A DNA stretch of 43,610 bases from an uncultured Planctomycetaceae bacterium (GCA_963976765.1 CAXBME010000044.1:1-43610); one strand, 5' to 3'. Shown: positions 10,645-20,328, counted from the first letter of the stretch. Numbers and translations: made by a program. Notes: generated by a model from the sequence alone, not told the origin.

Positions 10645-10741
10645 TATTCTGTCTCCTGAAAAGAGGTTTCTGGATTCGTCTTCATCGTGTTCTGGCTGAT
10701 CCGCTTTTGCGAACCGGCTATCGCACTCGTCAATTGAAGTC

Positions 10742-10933
10742 TCAGGCGATGTGGCGGTCGCTGCGACCGGACCGGCCCATGAGCAGGTACAGCAGAATCC
10801 CCAACAAAGGCAGCATCACAATGACGACAGCCCACAGAATTTTTTCGACCAGCGGTCGTCGACTGAACGCCACGTCGATGAGTGCGAAGAACACGGCAAT
10901 GGCCGTCAATAGCGCAATGAAAATTGAAAGCAT
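10742..10933 (-). CDS. PLDc N-terminal domain small membrane protein
   Basis: EKILWAVVIVMLPLLGILLYLLMGR is the PLDc_N signature. AGGA RBS. Confidence 0.85.
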   Translation of the reverse strand: MLSIFIALLTAIAVFFALIDVAFSRRPLVEKILWAVVIVMLPLLGILLYLLMGRSGRSDRHIA

Positions 10934-10981
10934 GGCTGAATTCCTTTGTGTGATCGCGTTGTTTTGTGGAGATCAGGACAA

Positions 10982-10997
10982 CGCAATGGCCATGCCG
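10982..10997 (-). promoter_or_regulatory. Putative sigma54 -24/-12 promoter (CGGCAT-N5-TTGCG)
   Basis: GG-N10-GC spacing, about 50 nt upstream of the PLDc_N gene that heads a four-gene run. Confidence 0.6.
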
Positions 10998-11097
10998 TTT
11001 GGTGTTCAGTTTTCCTGACATTCTGCTACTAGCACAGATTACTGCGGCACTTACGGCATCGAAGAATTCGAGCGGAAACGGCCAGGTACGGTCATTC

Positions 11098-11112
11098 GGT
11101 CGGTGAACGACC
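11098..11112. promoter_or_regulatory. Candidate enhancer (UAS) palindrome GGTC-GGTGAAC-GACC
   Basis: Perfect CGGTCG-N5-CGACCG palindrome midway between two divergent sigma54 promoters. The same motif recurs at 18497, 19284, 19327, 20329 and 20372. Confidence 0.55.
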
Positions 11113-11197
11113 GGCTGGGGCGACGAGCCGCCAGATGTTGAGAGCTCAAGGAACCTGCGAGGCTTCGCACTCACTTCAAGAAGCCGAGCGGCGCAGA

Positions 11198-11213
11198 TGG
11201 CACCAGAGTTGCT
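11198..11213 (+). promoter_or_regulatory. Putative sigma54 promoter TGGCAC-CAGAG-TTGCT
   Basis: Near-perfect TGGCAC-N5-TTGC consensus about 100 nt upstream of 11317. Confidence 0.7.
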
Positions 11214-11316
11214 CGTGAACCTGAAAAAGGAACAGGACTCACGGACGAATATCTAAGTTGCGGCAACGTCTCGTCGACTGAAGTCGAGATGTTGGCTGTC
11301 GCCTGGAGATCTCAAC

Positions 11317-11973
11317 ATGTCGTCGTCACTTCTGACCAACTCTGCATCCGGCGCCTTGCCGATCGATTCAGCTCCTCGAATTTCAAAGAGCGAGCTGAGA
11401 CGCCGGTTGTGGCACATGTCACCGGGCCTGCTGCCGTTCGTGTTTGCCGCGATTCCTCACAAAGATCCACTCAGCCTGGACGCGCGAGCGATCATGGTCA
11501 GCGTGGCGGCGATCATTGCGTTTTCGCTTTTACGTGACACTCGGAACATCGCGAGGACTCGGAATGAGAATCTCACGTCGAACGTTCTCGGCTACCTGAT
11601 TCCTGTGGTGAGTTTGCTGGTTCTGTTTCCGGCAACTCCGGAACTGGGCATGACGTTGTTGGCGATCCTGGCTTTCGGCGACGGCTTTGCGACGGTCGGC
11701 GGCCTATTGTTGAAAGGTCCGGCGCTGCCCTGGAATCGTGAAAAAACCTGGGCGGGGCTGATCAGCTTTCTGATCTGCGCCGCACCGCTGGCACTTCTCG
11801 CTTTTGTGGCGAACTCGTCCCCGACACCGGAGTTGTCACCTGCACTGGCTGTTGCCGTCGCCGCCGCCGTGACAGGAGCAATCGCCGAGTCGTTACCGCT
11901 CAGGATCAACGACAACGTTTCGGTGGGAGCCGCCGGGACGGTCGCGATTCTGGCAGCACACCTTGTCACCTAG
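11317..11973 (+). CDS. CTP-dependent diacylglycerol/polyprenol kinase (DGK1/VTE5/SEC59-like)
   Basis: RRLWH, LAFGDGFATVGG, WNREKTWAG and ESLPLRINDN motifs. Multi-TM. Confidence 0.8.
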   Translation: MSSSLLTNSASGALPIDSAPRISKSELRRRLWHMSPGLLPFVFAAIPHKDPLSLDARAIMVSVAAIIAFSLLRDTRNIARTRNENLTSNVLGYLIPVVSLLVLFPATPELGMTLLAILAFGDGFATVGGLLLKGPALPWNREKTWAGLISFLICAAPLALLAFVANSSPTPELSPALAVAVAAAVTGAIAESLPLRINDNVSVGAAGTVAILAAHLVT

Positions 11974-12013
11974 TCGCGTGTACTGAGTCCAAACCCGCTG
12001 ATGACTTCGTAAC

Positions 12014-13120
12014 TCAGGCCCTTGGAGCTTCTTCCGCCCAGGCCTGAAGTCGGTCGCTGAGCACTTCCTGAAAAAGAATCTTGCCACACGCAGCGGTCGG
12101 AATGGCGAGCAGCATTCCGTACAGACCGCCGACCGCTCCGCCGATCAGGACCAGCGTCAGAATCGTCAGCGGATGCATCGACAACTCTTTGCCCTGGATC
12201 CACGGTGTCAGTAACCAGCCTTCGAAGGCCTGCACAACGGCGAAAACCGCCGACGCCAGCAGCAGCGAGTCTGTGAGTGATCTCTCTGCATCGCCGCTGT
12301 CAGCCAGAATCACCAGCAATGCCACGAACCAACCCAGTGCCGAGGCGTACGGCACAATCGTCAGCAGTCCGGTGATCAGTCCCAGCAGCAGCCAGTACGG
12401 AACATCGACCAGCCACCAGCCCACGGCAAACATCACGCTCATCATCAAGGCAATGAGAATTCTTCCGCGGATGAAGCCTCCGACAGCTCGGTCCATCTGC
12501 GACGTCAGATCGGCGATGCGGCTGCGACGCGATTCGGGCAGCCAGTCTCGGCAGGCGGCGATCATCGCGTCGAATTTCCAGGCAAAGACGAACGTGTAGA
12601 CCGGCAGCAGAAACGCCCACGCGCCGAGGTAAAGTAAGGTACTCAAAACCGTGCCGATCAGACTGAGCGCCTGCCCGGAATGCTGAAACACTCTGGTTAC
12701 TGACTGACCTGCTTCGTCACGAACTCGAGTCCAGAGTTGGCGGGCTTCTTTGGCCAGCGGTCGATCGCCTTCCAGCCATGTTTCGATTCTCTGGCCGTAC
12801 GTCGGTGCTCGTTCAATCAGCGTGTCGACCTGTTCGACAAGCAGCGGCCCCATCCAGATCAAGGCGGTGGCGAGCCCGCCGATTGCCAGCAACATGATCA
12901 TCGAGACGGTCACCGATCGCGCAATTCCAAAGCGTTGCTCGGCCAGTCGAACTCCGGGATTCAGGACGTACGCCAATCCGAAGCCAATCAGGATTGGATT
13001 GAGCACCTCGCGAATCAGAAATCCGAACCACACAACAGCGAGCGCCAGGCCGATCCAGAAGACGTCCTGCACGGCTGCGATCTGCCATAGATGCCGGCCT
13101 CGAAGAGACGTTTGACTCAT
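12014..13120 (-). CDS. AI-2E family transporter
   Basis: LAYVLNP, GGFIRG, IVPY, QAFEGWLLTP and GMLLAIP motifs. Overlaps the kinase stop codon (ATGA). Confidence 0.9.
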   Translation of the reverse strand: MSQTSLRGRHLWQIAAVQDVFWIGLALAVVWFGFLIREVLNPILIGFGLAYVLNPGVRLAEQRFGIARSVTVSMIMLLAIGGLATALIWMGPLLVEQVDTLIERAPTYGQRIETWLEGDRPLAKEARQLWTRVRDEAGQSVTRVFQHSGQALSLIGTVLSTLLYLGAWAFLLPVYTFVFAWKFDAMIAACRDWLPESRRSRIADLTSQMDRAVGGFIRGRILIALMMSVMFAVGWWLVDVPYWLLLGLITGLLTIVPYASALGWFVALLVILADSGDAERSLTDSLLLASAVFAVVQAFEGWLLTPWIQGKELSMHPLTILTLVLIGGAVGGLYGMLLAIPTAACGKILFQEVLSDRLQAWAEEAPRA

Positions 13121-16100
13121 GGCTGTTCCGATTTCAAAACGTTAACCAGCAAGACAACCTGCTGTTTCAACGCGGCGGTTGGTGAAGCGGCATCGGCAAG
13201 TTCTCCGCGGAGCCCCAGTTTCTCGACCACTGCGGCAGCGTCCCGGCAGGCGGCGGCTTCAAAGTTGGCGGCCAGACCTTTCAGACTATGGGCAGAACGC
13301 GCCACTTCGGCGGCGTTTTCCGTCATGAGTGCCTTATCAAGCTGATCGAGCAGACCCGGCGCATCTTCAATAAAACACTCGATCAATCCATCGAGCAGCT
13401 CCCTGTCGCCACCCATTCGCTTGAGAGCCACTTCACGATCGATCAGCGACGACGACGAAGTAAGAGGATTGCCGGTCTCAGTCACGCCTTCATCTGTAAT
13501 AGTAACATCCGACTTCTGAGCAGTTTCGGAATCCATCTTTTCCGTGTTCAGAGCGCCGAGATCCAGCGCGTCCTCGACGGCTGGTCGCTGAAACGCGGTA
13601 ACCGCAGGTTTGGAACCTTCGTCCCAGACTGATGAGCAACCTTCTCCCGAGTCACCCTCATCATGAACTGTTCTCATTGGCTGGTCAGGCTGCCGCTGCA
13701 CTCTTGCCGTACGCTCAGTCAGACGGATGAGCTGTTCGGCGGCAAGCGGTTTGGAAATGTAGGCATCCATCCCGGCCTCAAGACATCGCTGCATGTCTTC
13801 CCGCATGGCATGAGCGGTCATCGCAATGATCGGAGTTGACGCGAGTCGAGTATCATCGAAGTCGCGGATTGCCTGAGTTGCCTGATAACCGTCCATCTTC
13901 GGCATCTGAATGTCCATCAGAACGGCATCAAACGCCTGTTGCTGGAGCAGGTCGACGGCTTCGCGACCGTTGGCTGCGATGGTCACCTTGTGCCCGCGCT
14001 TCTGAAAGATCGCTCGCACAACCTTCTGATTGGCCGGTGTGTCTTCGGCGACCAGAAGATTCAGTGGCCGCGAAGTTGTTCGCATCCGAACTCGTTCTTC
14101 GGCTTCAATACCTGCCCCACGCAGAACCCGCGACACGGCATCGAGCAGGTCCGACTGAGAAACCGGCTTTTCGAGATAGGTGGTGATTCGCAGACTGTCG
14201 CAGCGGTCCTTGAAGGTTTGCCGGTCCGCCGACGACAGCATGAGAATCGCCGCGTCACCCAGCAGTTTTTCTTCCCGAGCCTGTTCGATCATCATAAAGC
14301 CATCGATGTCGGGCATTAACGCATCCACCAGCACGACCGGATAAGGGCGTTGCAGTTCCGCTGCCCGTCGCAACTCATCAAGCCCTTCCTCCGCGGAGTC
14401 CGCCACCATGGGACGCATCCGCCATTGCTTCAATGTCTCGTCCAGAATTCGACAGTTCGAAGAGTTATCATCGACCACCAGCACGCGTGTGCCGCGAAGT
14501 TTGGCAACCGTCAGTCGCAGGTCGTTCTCGTCGACCTGCTGACGACGGATCACCGGGCAACGCACGGTTACATGAAACTGGCTGCCTTTGCCAGACTCAC
14601 TTTCGACCCAGATGCGTCCGCCCATTCGCTCGGTCAGCTCGCGACAGATAGCCAGACCAAGTCCGGTTCCCTGGTGTCGTCGCGTCGTCGAATAATCTGC
14701 CTGCGTGAACGGTGCGAAGATGCTCTGCTGGTCTTCGGTCGCAACTCCAATGCCTGTGTCCGAAACAGTAAAGTGCAATAAAACACCGTCGCTGTGACTT
14801 CGCGCGGGACGAGTTGCTGACGGGTTGTCCCGCAGGCGGTCTTCGATGGCCTTTTGAGTAGCCGCCTGTTCGGCTTCAGTAGCCAGAGAGGCGTTGATGA
14901 TGATTTCGCCATGCTCCGTAAACTTGACCGCGTTGCCGACCAGATTCATCACAATCTGTCGCAGTCTGCGACCGTCTCCATCGAGCACATCCGGGACTTC
15001 CGGATCGATGCGACAGGCGAGTTCCAGACCCTTTTCGTGCGAGCGAACGGAAAGGGTTTTGGCTGTTCGATCCAGCACTTCCCTCAGACTGAATGGTTCT
15101 GGATCCAGTTCAAACTTTCCGGCTTCCATGCGTGAAAAGTCGAGCAGATCGTTGAGCAGGTACAGCAGCGTCTGCGCTGAATCGCGAGCTGTTCCCAGAT
15201 AATCTTCCATCACCGATGACAAATCTTCGCCAAGTGTCAGTTCGATCATCCCGATAATCGCGTTCATCGGAGTTCGCAGCTCGTGACTGATGTTGGCGAG
15301 AAATTCGCTCTTCGCATTGTTGGCGGCTTCGGCCGCATCACGGGCTTCTCGAAGTTCTTTCTCTCGTGCTTTTCGTTTTGAAACATCACGTGCAATAACC
15401 GATGCACCAATGTGTCGCCCCTGGATGTCACGAATGGGTGAGATCGTCAGCGCGGCAATAAATGACGTGCCGTCTTTGCGAATACACCGCAATTCACGTT
15501 GAGCAAACCGTTCACCGCCGAGCACAGCTTCTCTCACCGTTTTGCGACGGGACTCAGAGATGAACAACTCGACCGGTTGCCCGACCGCCTCATCGAACGA
15601 AAACTGAAACAACCGTGCGGCTGACTCGTTCCAACTGTCAATCACACCTTCCAGATTGAGACCAACAATCGGATCGCTTGAAGACTCGACCAGCGCTGCC
15701 AGTCGAAACCGTTCACGTTCTCCTTCGAGCCGTTCAGAAATATCGACAAACGTGACTACGGCTCCGCAGATGCGACCGCTTTGCCACATCGGATAGCTCC
15801 AGTATTCCGTCGGAAAGCTGCTGCCATCGGCTCGCCAAAGAACTTCGTCATCGATGTGAGTTCCCAGACCATCCTGAAACGACCGAAAGATTGGACATTC
15901 GGAAATCGGATAAGAACTCCCATCGGCCCGTTGATGATGAATCAGATCGTGCATGTTGCGCCCAATCAAATCCTGAGCCGAACTGTAGCCCAAAAGTCTC
16001 ACACATGACGGGTTGCAGAACGTGCAGTTGCCATCCAGATCGATGCCGTAGATGGCTTCGGCTGTTGATTCAAGCAGCAGGCGAATCTGTTCTTCACGCT

Positions 16101-16914
16101 CTGCGAGCGCCTGACGATTGGCGCGATCCTGGGTGATGTCACGCTCGATCGTCGCCGAACCAATGATCGTACCAGCCCCGTTCCTGATCGGTGAAATCGA
16201 GATCGCCACGTCGATCAATCGACCGTCTTTGCGGCGACGCACGACCTCAAAACTTTGCAGTCTGACTCCTGCAGTCAGAACCTCCCGCAGTTCCGGCTCT
16301 TCCTCGGCCACTTCACTCGGAATGACGATTGAAACGGGTTGCCCGATCGCTTCGTTGGAAGTGTACCCGTAAACGGCTTCGGCTCCCGCGTTCCAGCTTG
16401 TGATCAAGCCGTTGTGGTCCCGCCCGATGATGGCATCGATCGACGAATCAACGATCGCGGCGAGCCTCCCCTGCTGTTCCGCCATCGCAAACTGCGTTCG
16501 CAGATCTCGAATGAACGCGCTGAATAACAGCGTTCCGCCAGATTCGATCGGTGTCACCGACAGCTCAACCGGTATCTCGTGACCTTGTCGATGGATTGCT
16601 TCGGTCTGAAGTCGGCGACTGTCGAGCAGTTCTTTCCTGCCATCGCGAAATCCAGCCAGACGGGCTCCCAGGTGCTGACGATGCCGCTCCGGAACGATCA
16701 GTTTGCTGAGTGATGAACCTATGGCGTCGTCGCGATCCCATCCAAGTAATTCGGTGGCGGCGTCGTTCCAGTCGAGGATTACTCCGTTCAAGTCCATCGT
16801 GACGGCAGCGTCAAGGGCTGCCTGGACGATCCGCCCGAATTGCGTATCTTCATACATGCTGTCGTCAGTATAGCCGTCGCCCGTGTTTTTATTGTTCATT
16901 AACCCCGAACCCAC
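13117..16914 (-). CDS. Cytoplasmic hybrid sensor kinase: 4xPAS-HisKA-HATPase-REC-REC-Hpt
   Basis: Four PAS repeats, EFLANISHELRTP, NLVGNAVKF / DTGIG / GTGLGL, two REC domains (DALMP, DIQMP) and Hpt AHSLKG. The start may be the ATG at 16899. Confidence 0.93.
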   Translation of the reverse strand: MGSGLMNNKNTGDGYTDDSMYEDTQFGRIVQAALDAAVTMDLNGVILDWNDAATELLGWDRDDAIGSSLSKLIVPERHRQHLGARLAGFRDGRKELLDSRRLQTEAIHRQGHEIPVELSVTPIESGGTLLFSAFIRDLRTQFAMAEQQGRLAAIVDSSIDAIIGRDHNGLITSWNAGAEAVYGYTSNEAIGQPVSIVIPSEVAEEEPELREVLTAGVRLQSFEVVRRRKDGRLIDVAISISPIRNGAGTIIGSATIERDITQDRANRQALAEREEQIRLLLESTAEAIYGIDLDGNCTFCNPSCVRLLGYSSAQDLIGRNMHDLIHHQRADGSSYPISECPIFRSFQDGLGTHIDDEVLWRADGSSFPTEYWSYPMWQSGRICGAVVTFVDISERLEGERERFRLAALVESSSDPIVGLNLEGVIDSWNESAARLFQFSFDEAVGQPVELFISESRRKTVREAVLGGERFAQRELRCIRKDGTSFIAALTISPIRDIQGRHIGASVIARDVSKRKAREKELREARDAAEAANNAKSEFLANISHELRTPMNAIIGMIELTLGEDLSSVMEDYLGTARDSAQTLLYLLNDLLDFSRMEAGKFELDPEPFSLREVLDRTAKTLSVRSHEKGLELACRIDPEVPDVLDGDGRRLRQIVMNLVGNAVKFTEHGEIIINASLATEAEQAATQKAIEDRLRDNPSATRPARSHSDGVLLHFTVSDTGIGVATEDQQSIFAPFTQADYSTTRRHQGTGLGLAICRELTERMGGRIWVESESGKGSQFHVTVRCPVIRRQQVDENDLRLTVAKLRGTRVLVVDDNSSNCRILDETLKQWRMRPMVADSAEEGLDELRRAAELQRPYPVVLVDALMPDIDGFMMIEQAREEKLLGDAAILMLSSADRQTFKDRCDSLRITTYLEKPVSQSDLLDAVSRVLRGAGIEAEERVRMRTTSRPLNLLVAEDTPANQKVVRAIFQKRGHKVTIAANGREAVDLLQQQAFDAVLMDIQMPKMDGYQATQAIRDFDDTRLASTPIIAMTAHAMREDMQRCLEAGMDAYISKPLAAEQLIRLTERTARVQRQPDQPMRTVHDEGDSGEGCSSVWDEGSKPAVTAFQRPAVEDALDLGALNTEKMDSETAQKSDVTITDEGVTETGNPLTSSSSLIDREVALKRMGGDRELLDGLIECFIEDAPGLLDQLDKALMTENAAEVARSAHSLKGLAANFEAAACRDAAAVVEKLGLRGELADAASPTAALKQQVVLLVNVLKSEQP

Positions 16915-17016
16915 TCACGCTGTGCTTTGTTGTCAAACAGCCCGTCGCCAGATTGTTACAGCCCGGATCCGATTTATGGAGAATATCACTGATTTGTGAG
17001 TCACCACAAACGCACG

Positions 17017-17048
17017 AAAAGCAACGGCCCGCAAACAGGCCGTTGCTT
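17017..17048 (-). terminator. Rho-independent terminator (possibly bidirectional)
   Basis: AAGCAACGGCC/GGCCGTTGCTT stem with a T-run on the minus strand, just after the 17103-17432 gene. Confidence 0.7.
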
Positions 17049-17102
17049 GTGTTTTCTTTCAGTGTCGCGTCGAAGGTCGGCGGAAGGGCCATGGCGAAGA
17101 TG

Positions 17103-17432
17103 TTATTCAGTCTCTGATTGCTCAGTAGATTCGACAGGCTTCGCCGATGCGTTCTCAATACCCGCTTCAGCAGAGTCTGGTTCCGCCGAATCCTCTGCGG
17201 TATCGTCAATGGCCTTGTCTACGGCTTTCTCTGCGCTCTCCACAGCGTCTCCAGCCACTTCAGAAACCTTGTCGAGCAGCTTCTCTCCAGCTTCGACGGC
17301 TTTCGAGGTGTCTTCTTTGACCTCGGCCGTATCGAGGCTGACCGAGACGACTTCGTCCGAAGTGGCGAACGTCAGCCACCCGCAAAGTACCATCGCCATC
17401 ACGGCAATGACCGAAATCAGAAACATCTTCAT
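17103..17432 (-). CDS. Secreted acidic hypothetical protein
   Basis: GGAGG RBS, signal/TM N-terminus, DTAEVKEDT..AVE helical segment. Confidence 0.75.
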   Translation of the reverse strand: MKMFLISVIAVMAMVLCGWLTFATSDEVVSVSLDTAEVKEDTSKAVEAGEKLLDKVSEVAGDAVESAEKAVDKAIDDTAEDSAEPDSAEAGIENASAKPVESTEQSETE

Positions 17433-17494
17433 GATACACCTCCATCAAACCTGAGTACGTCAACGGAATGGTTTGTCGATCGTGCTTCGTCACA

Positions 17495-17665
17495 TTAGAG
17501 GTCCGTACGAATCCGCCGACCGGTTACCAGCGCGATCACCGCGAAAATCAGAAAGCCGACAAAGAACAGCTTGGCGATCCAGGCGGCCGTCCCCATGACC
17601 GAAGTGAATCCAAGGAGACCGGCGATGATCGCAATGACGAAAAACGTGAGTGCATAATGCAACAT
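17495..17665 (-). CDS. DUF1328 (YtjA-like) small membrane protein
   Basis: MLHYALTFFVIAIIAGLLGF..GTAAWIAKLFF is the DUF1328 signature. GGAG RBS. Confidence 0.9.
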   Translation of the reverse strand: MLHYALTFFVIAIIAGLLGFTSVMGTAAWIAKLFFVGFLIFAVIALVTGRRIRTDL

Positions 17666-17775
17666 GACTTGTTCTCCAGAATGCTCGATGGTTGACAAGT
17701 CGACGACCTTGCCGGAAATAACTCATCGATTGTTCGTGAATGATCATTGATCGTGACTGATCAAAGATTTTGAAA

Positions 17776-17952
17776 TCAGCGGTGCAGGAACAGACAGACG
17801 CCCGCAGCGATGGCGACGCAGTTCATCGCCATCGTCAGTGCCGCACTACCCAGCCCGAGCAGCGGAATCGCTCCGACTGCGATCAGCCAGCCACCCAGCA
17901 GCATTCGTCCAAGCGGTGGTGTGCTGGACGATTTCGTAAATGGGTTCTTCAT
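17776..17952 (-). CDS. 58-aa 2-TM small membrane protein (not in ORF track)
   Basis: MKNPFTKSSSTPPLGRMLLGGWLIAVGAIPLLGLGSAALTMAMNCVAIAAGVCLFLHR. AGAGGA RBS. Fills a gap in a co-directional run. Confidence 0.7.
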   Translation of the reverse strand: MKNPFTKSSSTPPLGRMLLGGWLIAVGAIPLLGLGSAALTMAMNCVAIAAGVCLFLHR

Positions 17953-18002
17953 GGTTGAATCCTCTGATATCCGGCGGCAATGCGGACTGAACTATTCAGT
18001 TG

Positions 18003-18254
18003 TCAGTCGCCTTTGCCGTCGCCTTTGCCGTCGCCTTTGCCGTCGCCATCGGTGTCGACATTCAGCTTCACGCCGGACTGATCGATCTGAACATCGACGC
18101 CGGGAGCCTGGATATCGATGTCGCCGTTTCCCTGAACACGAGCTCTTGCTTCGGTGCCACTTTCGGATTCGGTCGTCTGCGTGTCAGAACAGCCAGGCAG
18201 CGCCAATGCGATTCCGAGTGCAGTCATTGTCAGGCAGGTATTGAAAATCTTCAT
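18003..18254 (-). CDS. Small lipoprotein with C-terminal GDGK repeats
   Basis: Lipobox LPGC, AGGAAGG RBS, ends DTDGDGKGDGKGDGKGD. Confidence 0.8.
   Translation of the reverse strand: MKIFNTCLTMTALGIALALPGCSDTQTTESESGTEARARVQGNGDIDIQAPGVDVQIDQSGVKLNVDTDGDGKGDGKGDGKGD
18006..18047. repeat. 12-bp coding tandem repeat GTCGCCTTTGCC x3.5
   Basis: Seen directly; encodes the GDGK repeats. Confidence 0.9.
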
Positions 18255-18337
18255 GGCCGTCTTCCCTTCCTGTCGAGCCTTCTGATAGCGGAATGATCTT
18301 CGTGAGTGTGTCCTGCGGCTCATTGGAAACCCGACAA

Positions 18338-18353
18338 GGCAAACGGTGTTCCA
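18338..18353 (-). promoter_or_regulatory. Putative sigma54 promoter TGGAAC-ACCGT-TTGCC
   Basis: GG-N10-GC, about 85 nt upstream of the lipoprotein that heads the small-protein run. Confidence 0.6.
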
Positions 18354-18654
18354 AAGCTCGCGACCAATCTGGTGGCAGTCGGCGAAATGTCGAAGCAATC
18401 ATCAGTTACAGCATTCGATTGCGTGATTCGCTGCCCGACGGTTTGCAAACGCCAGCCTGGCGAATGATGAGAAGTCGGCGGCTGGGCGATCGTGGTGACA
18501 GCTCAGCGATCGGTTTCAGCTCGCCGAACCCTCATGAGTCAGTCACAGCCGCCTTTATGCCGAGGCGGCGCGCCATTCGCGTCGAGATGATGAGAGAAGC
18601 TGATCAACACGGAGATCAGCAGCCCGCGACAACGCGCAACAGAAAGACAGAATC

Positions 18655-19164
18655 ATGATTCACGAACTTGTCCACAACGCACTTAATAAACAAATCAACG
18701 CGGAGTTCACTGCATGGTACGGATATCTGGGCATGGCCACATGGTGCTCCGGAAAACAGCTTCATGGCTGTGCGAAATGGTTGCGAGGGCAGGCTCAGGA
18801 AGAGCATTCGCACGCGATGAAATTGTATGAATTCCTCGTCGCTCGAAATCTGACCATTCAGATGCTGCCTCTGGATGAGCCGCAAATCGAGTTCGCATCG
18901 GTCGTTGACGTGTTCAAGGAAGCGCTGGCGTCCGAAGAAGAAAACACTCGCCGTATCCACAGGATCTTCGAGATGGCACTGGAGCAGAAAGCGTTTGCCT
19001 CGCTGGTCGAGCTTCAGTGGTTTATCACCGAGCAGGTCGAAGAAGAGGCCACGGCTCGCGAAAACCTCGCCAGGGCCGAGCTGGTCGCCGATGACCCGGC
19101 CGCCGTACTGGAGCTCGACGGAATCCTCGGGAGCCGCGAACTCAAGTTGCACGCTGCTTCCTGA
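18655..19164 (+). CDS. ftnA: Non-heme ferritin
   Basis: LNKQINAE..Y, QAQEEHSHAMK and LQWFITEQVEEE ferroxidase motifs. Confidence 0.9.
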   Translation: MIHELVHNALNKQINAEFTAWYGYLGMATWCSGKQLHGCAKWLRGQAQEEHSHAMKLYEFLVARNLTIQMLPLDEPQIEFASVVDVFKEALASEEENTRRIHRIFEMALEQKAFASLVELQWFITEQVEEEATARENLARAELVADDPAAVLELDGILGSRELKLHAAS

Positions 19165-19283
19165 TTACCGACGTCGAGCTGACATCCCTTATTACTCACT
19201 GGCTGTACTTCGACTCGGACGCAAAGTTTGCTTCCGTAAGCCGACACGAATTCCCTCGCGCGATGAATCAACACTTTCTACTC

Positions 19284-19341
19284 GATCGCTGAGCGATCAG
19301 CCGCATGATTCCTGAGTATACAGAGCGGTCGCTGATCGACC
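19284..19341. promoter_or_regulatory. Tandem candidate UAS palindromes GATC-GCTGAGC-GATC and GGTC-GCTGATC-GACC
   Basis: Two sites starting 43 bp apart, upstream of the csrA sigma54 promoter. Confidence 0.55.
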
Positions 19342-19384
19342 ATTGAAACCGTCGTTCACGCCACTTTTGGTCGGTTTTTCGAAT

Positions 19385-19400
19385 TGGTACTAAATTCGCT
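19385..19400 (+). promoter_or_regulatory. Putative sigma54 promoter TGGTAC-TAAAT-TCGCT
   Basis: GG-N10-GC, about 80 nt upstream of csrA. Confidence 0.6.
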
Positions 19401-19478
19401 AAAGCCAGGCCGGGACGACCAGTGGAAAAAGGAAAATTCTGGTCGAGCAGTCAACAGAAAATTTCATGGAGGATGAAA

Positions 19479-19721
19479 ATGCTTGTTCTGTCGAGGAAAG
19501 AGGGCGAGTCGATCGAGATCGAAGGCGGCATCCGAGTAAAGATCGTCGCCATGCAGGGCGGACGCGTCAAAGTGGGCATCGAAGCTCCGGACAGCGTCTG
19601 CATTAAGCGTTCGGAACTCTGTTTCGAAACCCCCATGCCGTTTCCCGAGCCAAAAGAACCGCCGTCGAGGTCAGCCCGCAACCGAGGCCCCAGCTTCAGC
19701 CGATCCATACTGCCTCGGTGA
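19479..19721 (+). CDS. csrA: Carbon storage regulator CsrA
   Basis: MLVLSRKEGESI...RVKVGIEAP.SV.IKRSEL. GGAGG RBS 6 nt upstream. Confidence 0.9.
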   Translation: MLVLSRKEGESIEIEGGIRVKIVAMQGGRVKVGIEAPDSVCIKRSELCFETPMPFPEPKEPPSRSARNRGPSFSRSILPR

Positions 19722-20048
19722 ATGCCGAGGCCAGCCACACTGCCAAGACACACCGAATGTGGGCTCCCTTCACAGACCATCTGTGGTCCACATTCACCGC
19801 TGCAACGACTGATCGGATCGAGCTTCGAGAACGGCGATTACAAATGGACGCACCCGGGAGATCACGACGATCATTCCGTCGTTCCGATGCGTGGTTCTGG
19901 TGTGGGAGAACGTCTCGACGACGATGCACTGCTGAGTGTTATCCGGGCCGATCACTCAGAGAGCGCAGTGGCAGCTGGCGTCGACAAGTCTGAGGAGCGC
20001 ATGTCCCGCATTGAAGGTAATCGCAATGCGAAAGTACGGGCAGTTTGA
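19722..20048 (+). CDS. Hypothetical protein (doubtful)
   Basis: ORF starts immediately after the csrA stop. No recognisable motif. Confidence 0.3.
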   Translation: MPRPATLPRHTECGLPSQTICGPHSPLQRLIGSSFENGDYKWTHPGDHDDHSVVPMRGSGVGERLDDDALLSVIRADHSESAVAAGVDKSEERMSRIEGNRNAKVRAV

Positions 20049-20328
20049 TTTGACCGCCTGACTGTGGTCAGACGTCGTCCCGGCAATCGAAGGCGCGAGA
20101 GGCACAACATGATCACTATGACAATCCTGACAGAGTCAGTCGTAGCGGAGTCTGCTGACACAGGTTTGGCTGATGCAGATCTGGAAGAAAACCGCTCAGA
20201 AAGAAGCGGCATCAAGTCTCGGCCCGCAGTGGTTGTATGAAGCTGCTGAGTCGCCGGTAATTCCCGAACTTGACAGGGACAAGCGTCACCGAGTCAGCAG
20301 CTTCACTGGCTGTGCTGTGAGACTCAGC

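Noticed and set aside
18432..18447. sigma54 promoter for ferritin (TGCCCG-N5-TTGCA)
   Set aside because: The invariant -24 GG is GC, so it was not called.
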